A stretch of DNA of 64,000 bases, taken from the NCBI GenBank assembly GCA_038325875.1, contig JBBQJL010000003.1, forward strand, positions 26,361-90,360, read 5' to 3'. Shown here piece by piece: positions 52,377-62,879 of this stretch. The first letter of the stretch is position 1; every line of letters starts with the position of its first letter. The stretch comes from Candidatus Limnocylindrales bacterium (GTDB lineage: Bacteria; Chloroflexota; Limnocylindria; Limnocylindrales; CSP1-4). The translations under genes were made by a program, and so were the position numbers. The notes under the pieces are model-generated. The model saw nothing but the letters and a program-made list of their open reading frames with translations, was not told the origin of the DNA and did no database searches.

Positions 52377-54308
52377 TCAGCCGGCGTTGGTCTCGGTGCC
52401 CCGGCGGAGGTCCGCCTCGCGGCCGAGGGCGCGCCGCCGGTCGTGCTCCGACAGAAAGCGCTTGCGCAGCCGGATCGACGTCGGGGTGACCTCGACCAGC
52501 TCGTCGTCGGAGATGAACTCGATGGCCGTTTCGAGGGTGATCTGGCGCGGCGGCGTGAGCCGGAGCGACTCGTCGTGCGAGTGGGTCCGGATGTTGGTCA
52601 GCTGCTTGGCCTTGGTGGCATTGACGTTCATGTCGCCGGACCGGGAGTTCTCCCCGACGATCATCCCCTCGTAGACGTCCTCGCCGGCGCCGATGAACAG
52701 CTCGCCGCGCTCTTCCAGGTTGAACAGGCCGTAGGCGTTCGATACGCCCGTCCGGTCGGCGACCATCACGCCGTCCGTCCGATGGGTCACCTCGCCGGCC
52801 CACGGCCCATAGCCCTCGCCGAGCTGGTGGAGCAGGGCAGTGCCGCGCGTGTCCGTCAGGAGCTGACCGCGATACCCGATCAGGCCCCGGACCGGAATGA
52901 TGAACTCCATCCGGACCCGTCCGTCGGCATCCGAGCTCATCTGTTCGAGCCGGCCCTTGCGCCCGGCGAGGGCGGTCTGGACCTCGCCGATGTAGTCCGG
53001 CGGGATGTCGATGGTGATCCGCTCGTACGGCTCCTCGACCTCGCCGCCGACCGTGCGCAGGATGACCTCGGGACGGCTGACCGTCAGTTCGAACCCTTCG
53101 CGGCGCATCTGCTCGATCAGGATCGCCAGCTGGAGCTCGCCCCGGCCACGGACCTCGTACGTATCGCCCGACTCGGTCGGGTAGACCTCGATCGAGACGT
53201 TGCCCAGGGTCTCCTTCGCGAGGCGGGCCTTGATCTGGCGACTGGTGACGTACTTCCCGTCCCGTCCGGACAACGGCGAGGTGTTCACCCCGAAGGTCAT
53301 CCGGAGGGTCGGTGCATCGACGTCGAGACGGGGCATCGGCCGAGGGTCGCTCGGGTCGGTGAGGGTGTCGCCGATGGTCACCTCGGGCAGCCCGGCGACC
53401 GACACGATGTCCCCCGGGCCGGCCTCGGCGATGTCGATCCGGTCGATGCCGTGAGCGGTCTGGAGGCTGGTGACCGTGCCCGACAGGGCGACCATACGGC
53501 CGGGTTCGACCGTGCCGGCCGTGTCGTCCGCCTCCTCGCGCACGACGGTCACCCGCTGGCCCATCCGGATCCGCCCGTTCCAGATCCGACCGACCGCCAT
53601 CCGGCCGACATACTCGTTGGCCGACAGGTTGGTGACCAGGAGCTGGAGGGGATGGTCCTCCTCGTAGGTCGGCGGCGGAGTGACCCTGACCAGCAGGTCC
53701 AGCAGCGGCGCCAAGTCGGTCCCCGGCCTGGCCAGGTCCAGCGTGGCAGTGCCGGCCTTGGCGTTGGTGTAGACGACCGGGAAGTCGATCTGGTGCGCGT
53801 CTGCCCCGAGATCCATGAATAGCTCATAGACCGCATCGAGGACCTCGGCCGGACGGGCGTCCCCCCGGTCGATCTTGTTGAGCGCGACGACGACCGGCAG
53901 TCGGCGAGCCATCGCCTTCTTGAGCACGTAGCGGGTCTGCGGAAGCGGCCCCTCGGCCGCGTCGACGAGGAGGAGGACCGCGTCGACCATCAGGAGCGAC
54001 CGCTCGACCTCGCCGCCGAAGTCCGCATGGCCGGGCGTGTCGACGATGTTGAGGCGGATCCCGGCGTGGTCCACCGTGGTCTGCTTGGCCAGGATGGTGA
54101 TCCCCTTCTCGCGCTCGAGGTCGCCCGAATCCATGACCCGATCGACCACCGCCTGGTTGGCTCGGAAGGTCCCGGTCTGGCGGAGCATCGCGTCGACCAG
54201 GGTGGTCTTGCCGTGGTCGACATGGGCGACGATGGCGATGTTGCGGAGATCGGCGCGGATGGCGGTCGGGGCGGCGGCGGGCACGGTCGGACTCGTTCGG
54301 GCGATCAT
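52377..54308 (-). CDS. typA: translational GTPase TypA/BipA
   Basis: The real start is ATG at 54308 (MIARTSPTV...); the 394 upstream codons of the track ORF are shadow. Contains [31 protein letters not shown], and NKIDR. 643 aa. Confidence 0.93.
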   Translation of the reverse strand: MIARTSPTVPAAAPTAIRADLRNIAIVAHVDHGKTTLVDAMLRQTGTFRANQAVVDRVMDSGDLEREKGITILAKQTTVDHAGIRLNIVDTPGHADFGGEVERSLLMVDAVLLLVDAAEGPLPQTRYVLKKAMARRLPVVVALNKIDRGDARPAEVLDAVYELFMDLGADAHQIDFPVVYTNAKAGTATLDLARPGTDLAPLLDLLVRVTPPPTYEEDHPLQLLVTNLSANEYVGRMAVGRIWNGRIRMGQRVTVVREEADDTAGTVEPGRMVALSGTVTSLQTAHGIDRIDIAEAGPGDIVSVAGLPEVTIGDTLTDPSDPRPMPRLDVDAPTLRMTFGVNTSPLSGRDGKYVTSRQIKARLAKETLGNVSIEVYPTESGDTYEVRGRGELQLAILIEQMRREGFELTVSRPEVILRTVGGEVEEPYERITIDIPPDYIGEVQTALAGRKGRLEQMSSDADGRVRMEFIIPVRGLIGYRGQLLTDTRGTALLHQLGEGYGPWAGEVTHRTDGVMVADRTGVSNAYGLFNLEERGELFIGAGEDVYEGMIVGENSRSGDMNVNATKAKQLTNIRTHSHDESLRLTPPRQITLETAIEFISDDELVEVTPTSIRLRKRFLSEHDRRRALGREADLRRGTETNAG

Positions 54309-54365
54309 GGGACCGTCAGAGTGTGCCACATCGTGGCCGGAGTCGCCTCCTGCTAGCATCGCGCC

Positions 54366-55049
54366 ATGACCGTCGCCGCCGTCATCCTGTCCGCCACCGC
54401 CGAGGGTTCGTTGGCGGATACGCTCGGGCAGCCGCGCGTCCGCCGGCTGGTCGAGCTGGCCTGGTCGGGCGGCGCTCTGCCGATCGTCGTGGTGTCGCCT
54501 GACCCCGACGGGACGGTGGCGGCGGCCCTCGCCGGCACCGAGGCGTCGTGGGGCGCCCCCGCCCCCGAGGCAGCCGGGCCGGTCGGCCAGATGGTCCGCG
54601 GCATCGAGCTGGCGGAGGCCGAGGTCGGCGAGACGTCCGCTGCGCTGCTCTGGCCGGGACGGATGGCCTGGGTCGGTCCGGAGACGGTCACCTCGTTGAT
54701 CGAAGCGCACGGGGTGGACCCCGGCACGATCCTGCGCCCGACCTGGAACGGCCAACCTGGCTGGCCGATCCTCCTGCCGATGGCCCGGCTGGACGCGCTG
54801 CGGGCCGTGGCACCGGAGCGGATGCCGCCGGAGGTCATCGAGGACCTCGTCGCGACTGTCCCCTCGCGACTGGTCGAGCTGGGCGATCCGGGCGTCGTCC
54901 ACGGCGTGGACACGCCGTTCACCGACCTCCCCACGTACGAGGGTCCGCCCGATCCGCCGGCCGGGCGTGACCATGAATGGGGTGCCGCAGTCGCGGCGGA
55001 CGCCGGGCTGCCCGAGCCCCCTGGCCCGACCGCCGCCCCGACCGACTGA
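54366..55049 (+). CDS. MobA-like NTP-transferase domain protein
   Basis: 227 aa. Starts [16 protein letters not shown], then PIVVVSPD. The fold assignment rests on the N-terminal nucleotide-binding pattern only. Confidence 0.6.
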   Translation: MTVAAVILSATAEGSLADTLGQPRVRRLVELAWSGGALPIVVVSPDPDGTVAAALAGTEASWGAPAPEAAGPVGQMVRGIELAEAEVGETSAALLWPGRMAWVGPETVTSLIEAHGVDPGTILRPTWNGQPGWPILLPMARLDALRAVAPERMPPEVIEDLVATVPSRLVELGDPGVVHGVDTPFTDLPTYEGPPDPPAGRDHEWGAAVAADAGLPEPPGPTAAPTD

Positions 55050-55094
55050 CCCGGGTCCCATCCACCCGCAGGCCCGCTCCGAACAGGACCAGAG

Positions 55095-55841
55095 ATGACC
55101 CGATCCCGCATCCTGAAGGCCGTCGCCGTCCTCCTCATGGCGATCGTCGCGATCGGGGTCGCGGGCTTCTTGTGGTTCGCCCAGCCGCAGCCCCTCCTGT
55201 CGGAGGCGACGGTCGCCCTGGCCTCGACGCCCGGGGCGACCTTTCAGGATCAGGACGGGACCCTGACCTATACACCGACAGCGGAGCCGCCGACGACGGG
55301 CCTGATCCTCTATCCGGGCGGCAAGGTCCCGCCGGCCGCCTACGCGCCGGCGGCGCGAGCGATCGCCGAGGCCGGCTACCTGACCGCGATCGTCGACGTC
55401 CCGTTCAACCTGGCCGTGTTCGACATCGATGCCGCCCAGGCGGTCATCGAGGCGCATCCCGAAGTGACCCACTGGGCCGTCGGGGGGCATTCGCTGGGCG
55501 GCTCGATGGCGGCCCAGTACGCCGCGTCACACCCGGGCGCGGTCGACGGCCTGGTGCTCTGGGCGTCGTACTCTGCGGCCGACCTCGCGCCGCAGCAGCT
55601 GTCGGTCGGATCGGTCTACGGGACGCTCGACGGCGGAGTCGGGTCATTCAGCAGCCCGGCCAACCTGGCCAAGCTCGGGACCGATCTGACCACGACCGTC
55701 ATCGCCGGTGGGAACCACGAGCAGATGGGCTGCTACACCGGTCAGCCGAACGACCCGCCGGCCACGATCCCGCGCGAAGAGCAGCAACGCCAGGTGGTCG
55801 CCGCGACCGTCGCCCTGCTCGAGCGCATCGGCCGGCCCTAG
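55095..55841 (+). CDS. alpha/beta-hydrolase-fold protein with an N-terminal membrane anchor
   Basis: TM is ILKAVAVLLMAIVAIGVAGFLWF. Nucleophile elbow GGHSLGG, and a late GGNHEQ (candidate His). Confidence 0.75.
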   Translation: MTRSRILKAVAVLLMAIVAIGVAGFLWFAQPQPLLSEATVALASTPGATFQDQDGTLTYTPTAEPPTTGLILYPGGKVPPAAYAPAARAIAEAGYLTAIVDVPFNLAVFDIDAAQAVIEAHPEVTHWAVGGHSLGGSMAAQYAASHPGAVDGLVLWASYSAADLAPQQLSVGSVYGTLDGGVGSFSSPANLAKLGTDLTTTVIAGGNHEQMGCYTGQPNDPPATIPREEQQRQVVAATVALLERIGRP

Positions 55842-56818
55842 GCGAACGGCCTGGGTCCACCCCAGGCGTCCGGACGAAGGCGTGCCGCGACCCCGGTCGC
55901 GATCGCCAGGCCGACCACGATCAGGGCGACCCCGGCGAGCTGCCCGGTCGATGGTGTCTCCCCGAGCAGCGCCATGGCGAGCAGGACCGTGATAACCGGC
56001 TGGGCGAGCAGGATCGCCGACGACAGGACGGACGGCAGCCGTGGCAGAGACACCTGGATGAACAGGTAGCCGACCGACTGACTCGTGACCCCGAGCAACA
56101 GGAGATAGGCGTGGGCGGGCAGTGACGGGACCAGGTCGAGGTCGCCGACGAGGATGCCCGAGGCCGCGGCGACGATCGCGGTGACGAACGTAGCGATCGT
56201 CACGGGTCCGGCCGGACGCGCATCCGGGCTCGCCCGACGCATGACCAGCAGGTAGCCGGCGTACGCCGAGGCCGTGACGAGCCCAAGGGCCACACCCAGC
56301 GGGGCATCGTCGCCATAGACGGCGCCGCCCAGGATCCCCGACATCAGGACGACCCCACAAACCATGATCGGCAGCGCGATCAGGACCTCGCGCCGCGGTC
56401 GCTCTCGCCACAGGAGCCACGCCGCGAGCGCGACGACCAGGACCTGGAGATTGCCCATCATCGTGGCCAGTCCGGCCCCGATGTTGTCGGCGACGTAGTG
56501 GAACGTCACGAGGTCGACCGCGAAGAAGATCCCGGCGACCGCCGACAGACGGACGGTCCGCGCGGTCATCGGTCCCAGGTCCCGGCGCTCGAACCAGGCG
56601 GCCAGGAGCAGGAGCGGCAGCCCGTACAGGCAGCGGAAGACGACCCCGGTCGACGGGCTCACCCCCGACGCCAGGTAGAAGATCCCCGAGAAGGCGATGC
56701 AGAACGCGCCGGCCAGGGCCGCGAAGCGGGGATGTCGCGCGATCGCCCTGAGCGGGTTCACGTCTCGCGGTGGCTGGACCGCTGTGGGTCGGTCATCGCG
56801 ATCCGGATCGCACCTCAC
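55838..56818 (-). CDS. EamA/DMT-family transporter
   Basis: About 10 TMs in two EamA-like halves. The track start at 56818 overlaps the end of aspS by 26 nt; GTG at 56761 (VNPLRAI...) is an alternative start. Confidence 0.75.
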   Translation of the reverse strand: MRCDPDRDDRPTAVQPPRDVNPLRAIARHPRFAALAGAFCIAFSGIFYLASGVSPSTGVVFRCLYGLPLLLLAAWFERRDLGPMTARTVRLSAVAGIFFAVDLVTFHYVADNIGAGLATMMGNLQVLVVALAAWLLWRERPRREVLIALPIMVCGVVLMSGILGGAVYGDDAPLGVALGLVTASAYAGYLLVMRRASPDARPAGPVTIATFVTAIVAAASGILVGDLDLVPSLPAHAYLLLLGVTSQSVGYLFIQVSLPRLPSVLSSAILLAQPVITVLLAMALLGETPSTGQLAGVALIVVGLAIATGVAARLRPDAWGGPRPFA

Positions 56819-58685
56819 GCTCAGGCACGCCCACGAAGCGCAGGCCGAGCTCGGCGTACTGGCCCGGGTCCGGTGGCGACGGTGCGTCGAGCATCAAGTC
56901 GCCGCCCGACTGGGTCTTGGGGAAGGCCATGACCTCACGGATCGTGGTCTGGTCGGTCAGCAGCGCCGCCCAACGATCGATCCCGGCGGCGATCCCACCG
57001 TGCGGTGGGGCGCCATACTCGAAGGCGTCGAGGACCGCCCCGAACTTCTCCTGCATCCCGTCGATCGTCTGACCCTGGAGGGCGAAGCTCCGCTCCAGGA
57101 GGTCGCGCCGGTGGATCCGGATGCTTCCGCCGGCCAGCTCCCAGCCGTTGAGCACCAGGTCGTACTGGAGCGCCCGGGCCTGGCCGGCCGGGTCGCCGGG
57201 GGCGGCCTTGGACAAGTCTCCGCTGGTGGTGGTCAGGAGCGCGAGGTCCTCGGGGAGGACGCCGCTGAACGGGTTGTGGGTGGCGTCCCAGCGGGCGTTG
57301 TCGGCGTCCCACTGATACATCGGGAAGCGATGGACCCAGGCGTAAGCGAGGACCGACGGATCGGCCAGGCCGAGGCGTGCGCCGAGCTCCGCGCGCAGCC
57401 GGCCGAGGACATCAGCGGTCACCGTCGGCTCGTCGGCCACGATCAGGACGAGGTCGCCCTCCCCGGCGCCGACTCGATCGACCACGGCGGTGGTGCGCTC
57501 ATCGCCGAGGAACTTCGCGATCGGCGAGCGGACGGCGCCGCCGGACTCGACCGCCAGCCAGGCCAGGCCGCGGGCACCGTATCGCTTGGCGAGCTCGGTC
57601 AGGTCGTCGATCTGCGACCGCGCCGCGCCACCCATCCCTGGGGCGACGATGGCCTTGACCCGGCCTCCGGCACCGAGCGCGTCGTCGAACACGCGGAAGC
57701 CCGAGACCGCCGTCCCGCTCGCGTCAACCAGGGCCGGCGCCAGGTCGATCAGCTCCATCCCGAAGCGGACGTCCGGCTTGTCCGAGCCGAACCGCTCGAT
57801 CACCTCGTCGTAGGTGAAGCGCGGGAACGGGACGGCCTGGAGGGGCCGCTCCGGCACGACCGCCCGGGACACCTCGATCGCCATCGTCTCGACGAAGCCC
57901 ATCACCGCATCCTCATCGACGAAGCTCATCTCGAGGTCCAGCTGGGTGAATTCCGGCTGTCGGTCGCCGCGCAGGTCCTCGTCGCGGAAGCAGCGTGCGA
58001 TCTGGAAGTAGCGGTCGATGCCCGCGACCATCAGCAGCTGCTTGAGCTGCTGCGGACTCTGGGGCAGGGCGTAGACCGCCCCCGGCTGGAGCCGGCTCGG
58101 GACGATGAAGTCGCGGGCCCCTTCCGGCGTCGACTTGATCAGGTTCGGAGTCTCGACCTCGACGAAGCCATGCGCGTGGTGGACCTCGCGGATCTTGTGG
58201 ACCAGCTGCGAGCGAAGGAGGAGGCGGCGCTGCATCGGCTCGCGCCGGATATCGAGGTAGCGGTACTTCAGGCGAAGCGCCTCGTCGACCGTGGCATCCG
58301 GGTCGTTGATGTAGAACGGCGGCGTCTTCGCTTCGCTCAGGATCTCGAAGGTCGACGCCCGGAGCTCGATCTCGCCGGTCGCCAGGTCGGCGTTCTCCTT
58401 GCCTGCCATCCGCCGCTCGACCGTGCCCTCCACGGTCACCACGAACTCGTTGCGCACCCGACTGGCGATCTCGTGCGCCACGGGTGCCTCGGTCGCGTCG
58501 ATCACCACCTGGGTCAGGCCGTGGCGGTCGCGCAGATCGAGGAAGATCAGCTGGCCGTGGTCGCGCCGGCGATGGACCCAGCCGGCGAGGCGCGCGGTCG
58601 CGCCGACGTCGCCGGGGCGGAGCTGGCCGCAGGTGTGCGTGCGGTATGGCGTCGCGAGGCTGGGCACGGCAAGGTGGTCGTTCAT
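56793..58685 (-). CDS. aspS: aspartate--tRNA ligase
   Basis: I prefer ATG at 58685 (MNDHLAVPSLATPYRTHTCGQLR). Contains GWVHRRRDHGQLIFLDLRD, FRDEDLRGDRQPEFTQLD, and GGIAAGIDR. Confidence 0.93.
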   Translation of the reverse strand: MNDHLAVPSLATPYRTHTCGQLRPGDVGATARLAGWVHRRRDHGQLIFLDLRDRHGLTQVVIDATEAPVAHEIASRVRNEFVVTVEGTVERRMAGKENADLATGEIELRASTFEILSEAKTPPFYINDPDATVDEALRLKYRYLDIRREPMQRRLLLRSQLVHKIREVHHAHGFVEVETPNLIKSTPEGARDFIVPSRLQPGAVYALPQSPQQLKQLLMVAGIDRYFQIARCFRDEDLRGDRQPEFTQLDLEMSFVDEDAVMGFVETMAIEVSRAVVPERPLQAVPFPRFTYDEVIERFGSDKPDVRFGMELIDLAPALVDASGTAVSGFRVFDDALGAGGRVKAIVAPGMGGAARSQIDDLTELAKRYGARGLAWLAVESGGAVRSPIAKFLGDERTTAVVDRVGAGEGDLVLIVADEPTVTADVLGRLRAELGARLGLADPSVLAYAWVHRFPMYQWDADNARWDATHNPFSGVLPEDLALLTTTSGDLSKAAPGDPAGQARALQYDLVLNGWELAGGSIRIHRRDLLERSFALQGQTIDGMQEKFGAVLDAFEYGAPPHGGIAAGIDRWAALLTDQTTIREVMAFPKTQSGGDLMLDAPSPPDPGQYAELGLRFVGVPEREVRSGSR

Positions 58686-58779
58686 GGCGGGCGTATCGTA
58701 GTCGACCATCCAGCTCTGCAATCCGGACGACCTCATGCTCACCGAGCGAGGCGTCGCCTGAGCCCGCCTGACCCGTCTG

Positions 58780-60066
58780 TCAGCCGTGCTGGTGGGTCTC
58801 GTCGGCACGGGTGAGCTCGCGCACGAGATCCGCCGACGGCACGGAGCGCTGCGTCCCTGCCTGGAGGTCGCGCAGCTCGACGTGTCCGTCACCCTCTTCG
58901 CCGCCCAGGATGACCGCGAAGTGGGCGCCCTCCTTGGCCGCCGCCTCGAGCTGACGGCCGAGCTTGCGCCGACCGAGCTCGGCCCGGGCGCGAAGACCTG
59001 CCGCCCGCAGCTCAGTCGCGAGGGTCAGCCGCTCGATGGTGGCGTCCGGGTCGACGCCGACGACGACCGCCAGCAGCCCTGCCGGGCGGCCTTCCGCGGC
59101 GCCGACGTCCTGGAGGGCGAGCACGACCCGGTCCAGCCCCAGGCCGAAGCCGATCCCGGGAGTCGGTCGGCCGCCGAGCAGCTCGACGAGCCCGTCGTAG
59201 CGGCCGCCGCCACCCAGCGCCGACTGCTGCCCCTCGGCCCCCGGGCGATAGAACTCGATCGCAGTCCGGGTGTAGTAGTCGAGCCCGCGGACCAGGCCCG
59301 GCTGCAGCCGATACACGATCCCGAGCGCGTCAAGGTGGGCGCGGACGCCGGCGAAATGATCGGCACAGGCGGCGCATAGTCGCTCGACGATCCGCGGCGC
59401 GCCCGCGTTGAGTTCGAGCATCGCCGGGTCCTTGGAGTCGAGCAGGCGGAGCGGGTTCCGCTCGAGCCGCTCGCGCTCGAACGCCGGGACGGCATCCAGG
59501 TGCGCCCGGTAGTAGGCATCGAGCTCCGCGACATAGGCCGGGCGGCAGGCCGAATCGCCGATCGAGTTGAGCTGAACCTCGACGTCGAGCAGGCCGGCTT
59601 CCCGGTAGAAGCGCAGCCCAAGCTCGACGATCTCGGCATCGACCGCCGGCCCGGGATCGCCGATCGCCTCCACGTCGAACTGCCAGAACTGGCGGAAGCG
59701 GCCGGCCTGCGGTCGGTCATAGCGGAACATCGGTCCGGTCAGGCTCAGCTTCACCGGCTGGGGCCAGGTCTGCATCCCGTGCTGGATGTAGGCCCGTACG
59801 ATCCCGGCCGTCGGCTCGGGTCGGAGCGACCACGCCTCGCCGTCGTCGGTCCGCGGCGCCAGCCGGAAGAGCTCCTTCTCGACCGCGTCCGTCGCCTCGC
59901 CGAGCCCGCGCTCGTAGACGGCGCTCTGCTCGAACATCGGGGTCTCGATCTGGCGGTAGCCGTACCGCCCTGCGATCTCGGCCGCCAAGCGCTCGAGCCG
60001 TGCCCAGGTCACTCGCTCGTCCGGCAGCAGGTCTCGAGTGCCGCGCGGGGCGCGATAGGCGGGCAT
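58780..60066 (-). CDS. hisS: histidine--tRNA ligase
   Basis: Contains RAPRGTRDLLP, FRYDRPQAGRFRQFWQ, and GGGRYDGL. 428 aa. Confidence 0.93.
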   Translation of the reverse strand: MPAYRAPRGTRDLLPDERVTWARLERLAAEIAGRYGYRQIETPMFEQSAVYERGLGEATDAVEKELFRLAPRTDDGEAWSLRPEPTAGIVRAYIQHGMQTWPQPVKLSLTGPMFRYDRPQAGRFRQFWQFDVEAIGDPGPAVDAEIVELGLRFYREAGLLDVEVQLNSIGDSACRPAYVAELDAYYRAHLDAVPAFERERLERNPLRLLDSKDPAMLELNAGAPRIVERLCAACADHFAGVRAHLDALGIVYRLQPGLVRGLDYYTRTAIEFYRPGAEGQQSALGGGGRYDGLVELLGGRPTPGIGFGLGLDRVVLALQDVGAAEGRPAGLLAVVVGVDPDATIERLTLATELRAAGLRARAELGRRKLGRQLEAAAKEGAHFAVILGGEEGDGHVELRDLQAGTQRSVPSADLVRELTRADETHQHG

Positions 60067-60076
60067 GGTCCGAAGT

Positions 60077-60535
60077 CTAGGCGAACAGCACTCGGCTGAT
60101 GACGTAGGACACGAGGAACGCCGCCGCGAACATCCCGAATGTAGCCAGGACGCGTGCCGCCGGCGGCCACGGCGCCCGCAGGATGCGCAGGTCGGCCACC
60201 ACGGCGGCCAGGCCGAGCACGCCGCCGGCCAGCCCGGTCAACCCGAGCAGGGCCAACGGCAGGAACGCCAGGAGCAGCTCCCAGTTCGCGAGGCGACGCT
60301 CGATCTGGACGATCGCGCCGCTATCGACGAACGCCACCAGGCCGGTCATCTGGCCGCCGAAGCTGACCCGCCGGGTCGTCCCGTCCGCCATCGGGATCTG
60401 CCAGGCCGGGCGCCCCCGCTCGCGCAGCCGCCGAAGGCGCTCGCCGTCGAGCGACACGTGCAGCCCCGAGAGCTGGCTGTGGTCGACGGTGATGTCCGGG
60501 CTGCCGGGTTCGGGCAGGCGAAAGACGTGTTGCAT
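60077..60535 (-). CDS. hypothetical membrane protein (soluble ~85-aa N-domain + 2-3 TM)
   Basis: 152 aa, separated by 10-nt gaps from relA upstream and hisS downstream. TMs are LLLAFLPLALLGLTGLAGGVLGLAAVV and VLATFGMFAAAFLVSYVI. No family recognised. Confidence 0.55.
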   Translation of the reverse strand: MQHVFRLPEPGSPDITVDHSQLSGLHVSLDGERLRRLRERGRPAWQIPMADGTTRRVSFGGQMTGLVAFVDSGAIVQIERRLANWELLLAFLPLALLGLTGLAGGVLGLAAVVADLRILRAPWPPAARVLATFGMFAAAFLVSYVISRVLFA

Positions 60536-60545
60536 CTTGGGGCGC

Positions 60546-62783
60546 TCAGCCGAGGTCGCGCTGGACCGAGACGACGTCCTTCAGCTGCTCGATCCGGCCC
60601 ATCACCCGCGCGAGCTGGCTGACCGAGGCGACCTGGAGCGTGGCGATGACCACGGCCATGTGGTCCTGCATCACGTTGACCGAGGCGGCCAGGATGTTGA
60701 CCTTGGCCTCGGCCACGACCTGGGTGATGTCCGACAGGAGACCGGTCCGGTCGTAGGCTTCGACCCGGATCGCGATCGGGTAGGTTTGGGCCGGCGTGGC
60801 CTCCCACTCGACCTCGATCAGCCGGCCGACCTCTCGCTCATTCATGACGGTCGGGCACGAGCGGAGGTGGACGGTCACGCCCTTGCCCCGGGTGATGAAC
60901 CCCTGGATCGGATCGCCGGGGATCGGGTGACAGCACTTGCCGAAGCGGACCAGGAGGTCGCCGACACCCTTGACCCGGACGCCGCCGGTCCGCTCCGGGA
61001 CCGTCGACGGCGCGACGGTCGGCAGGGCGAGCTCGGCGTCGTCGACCACCCCGAGGCGCATGACGACCTGGGTCGCGCCGACCGCGCCGTAGCCGATCGC
61101 CGCATAGAAGTCGTCGAGCGTGTCGAAGTTGTAGAGCTTGCCGACCTCGGCGATCTTGTCGTTGCCGACGACCTGGATCGACTTGCGGGCCAGGCGCCGG
61201 AGCTCGCGCTCCAATGACTCGCGCCCGTGGACGATGTTGTCGTCGCGCTCCTGGCGCTTGAACCAGGCCCGGATCTTCTCCCTGGCGTGGCTCGTCCGGA
61301 CGACGTTCAGCCAGTCGCGCGACGGGCCGTGCTCGCCCTTGGTCGTGACGATCTCGACGATGTCGCCGTTCTTCAACCGGTAATCGAGCGGGACGAGCCG
61401 GTTGTTGACCTTCGCGCCGATGCAGCGGTGACCGACGTCGGTATGGATCCGATAGGCGAAGTCGAGCGGGGTCGAGCCGGCCGGCAGGTCCTTGACGTCG
61501 CCCCGCGGGGTGAACACGAAGACCTGATCCTGGAAGATGTCGAGCTTGATCCCCTCGACGAACTCGGTCGCGTCCGAGACCTCGCGCTGCCAGTCCATGA
61601 GCTGGCGGAGCCAGGCCAGCTTGGCGTCGTACTCCCGGTCCGACCGGCTGCCTTCCTTGTAGCGCCAGTGGGCGGCGATGCCGACTTCGGACACCTGGTG
61701 CATCGCCTGTGTCCGGATCTGGATCTCGAGCGGCTTGCCCTCGCTGACGATGACCGCGGTGTGGAGGCTCTGGTACAGGTTGTTCTTGGGGACCGCGATG
61801 TAGTCGTCGAACTGGCCCGGGATCGGCCGCCAGATCGAGTGAACCACGCCGAGGGCCGCGTAGCAGTCCTTGACCTCCTCGACCAGGCAGCGGATCGCGT
61901 AGACGTCGTAGATCTCCTCGAACCCGGCGCCCTTGCGCTGCATCTTCTTGTAGATGCTGTAGATATGCTTGGGCCGACCCTCCATCTCGGCCTCGATGCC
62001 GGCGGCCTTGAGGGCCGGGTGCAGCTCGGCGATGGCGGCCTCGATGAACCCCTCACGGCCTTTGCGGCGGGTGTCGAGCAGCTTGGCCAGCTCGCGGAAG
62101 CGCTCCGGCTCGAGGGCCTTGAAGGCGAGGTCCTCGAGCTCCCACTTCATCTGCCAGATCCCGAGCCGCTCGGCCAGCGGCGCGTAGATCTCCATCGTCT
62201 GACGAGCGATCCGGTGCTGTTTGTCGGTCGGCAGGGCCGACAGGGTGCGCATGTTGTGGAGGCGATCGGCCAGCTTGATCAGGACGACCCGGATGTCCTC
62301 GGCCATGGCCAGGAACATCTTCCGGATGTTCTCGGCCTGCTGCTGCTCATGGGTATGCGTGCTGAACTTGGACAGCTTGGTGACCCCGTCGACGAGGTGG
62401 GCGACCTCCGGGCCGAAGCGCTCCTCGATGTCGGACAGGCTGTATTCGGTGTCCTCGGGGACGTCGTGCAGGAGCGCGGCCTCGACCGCGATCGGATCGA
62501 TCCCGAGCTCGGCCAGGATCTGGGCCGAAGCGATGGGGTGGGTCACGTACGGCTCGCCCGACGCCCGGCGCTGGTCCCCATGGGCCTCGACGGCGAGATC
62601 GAACGCCTCGCTGACGGGCGCCAGGTCGGCCTGCGGGTAGTGCCGCTCGAGAGCCGCCAGGAGGTCCCGTCGGAGCGGCTCGAAGCTCTTCCGGGCGGTC
62701 GGTTTGGCGGCGGCCGGCGTGGCCGGACGACGGGCTGCCGGGCGGGGCGTCTTGGGCGGGCTGCTCACCGGTTCGATCGACAT
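60546..62783 (-). CDS. relA: bifunctional (p)ppGpp synthetase/hydrolase (RelA/SpoT homologue)
   Basis: 745 aa. HD hydrolase domain (HPIASAQILAE..LLHDVPEDT), synthetase domain (YRSLHTAV-type: YQSLHTAVIVSEGKPLEIQIRT), and TGS and ACT domains. Confidence 0.93.
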   Translation of the reverse strand: MSIEPVSSPPKTPRPAARRPATPAAAKPTARKSFEPLRRDLLAALERHYPQADLAPVSEAFDLAVEAHGDQRRASGEPYVTHPIASAQILAELGIDPIAVEAALLHDVPEDTEYSLSDIEERFGPEVAHLVDGVTKLSKFSTHTHEQQQAENIRKMFLAMAEDIRVVLIKLADRLHNMRTLSALPTDKQHRIARQTMEIYAPLAERLGIWQMKWELEDLAFKALEPERFRELAKLLDTRRKGREGFIEAAIAELHPALKAAGIEAEMEGRPKHIYSIYKKMQRKGAGFEEIYDVYAIRCLVEEVKDCYAALGVVHSIWRPIPGQFDDYIAVPKNNLYQSLHTAVIVSEGKPLEIQIRTQAMHQVSEVGIAAHWRYKEGSRSDREYDAKLAWLRQLMDWQREVSDATEFVEGIKLDIFQDQVFVFTPRGDVKDLPAGSTPLDFAYRIHTDVGHRCIGAKVNNRLVPLDYRLKNGDIVEIVTTKGEHGPSRDWLNVVRTSHAREKIRAWFKRQERDDNIVHGRESLERELRRLARKSIQVVGNDKIAEVGKLYNFDTLDDFYAAIGYGAVGATQVVMRLGVVDDAELALPTVAPSTVPERTGGVRVKGVGDLLVRFGKCCHPIPGDPIQGFITRGKGVTVHLRSCPTVMNEREVGRLIEVEWEATPAQTYPIAIRVEAYDRTGLLSDITQVVAEAKVNILAASVNVMQDHMAVVIATLQVASVSQLARVMGRIEQLKDVVSVQRDLG

Positions 62784-62879
62784 CGCGCCAAAGGATAGCA
62801 GCGCGTCCGCGAAGCTCAGTCGTGCGTGGCTGACGCCAGCGTCCCGCTCATTCGTGCGCGGCGGATGTGACCGTCCCGC

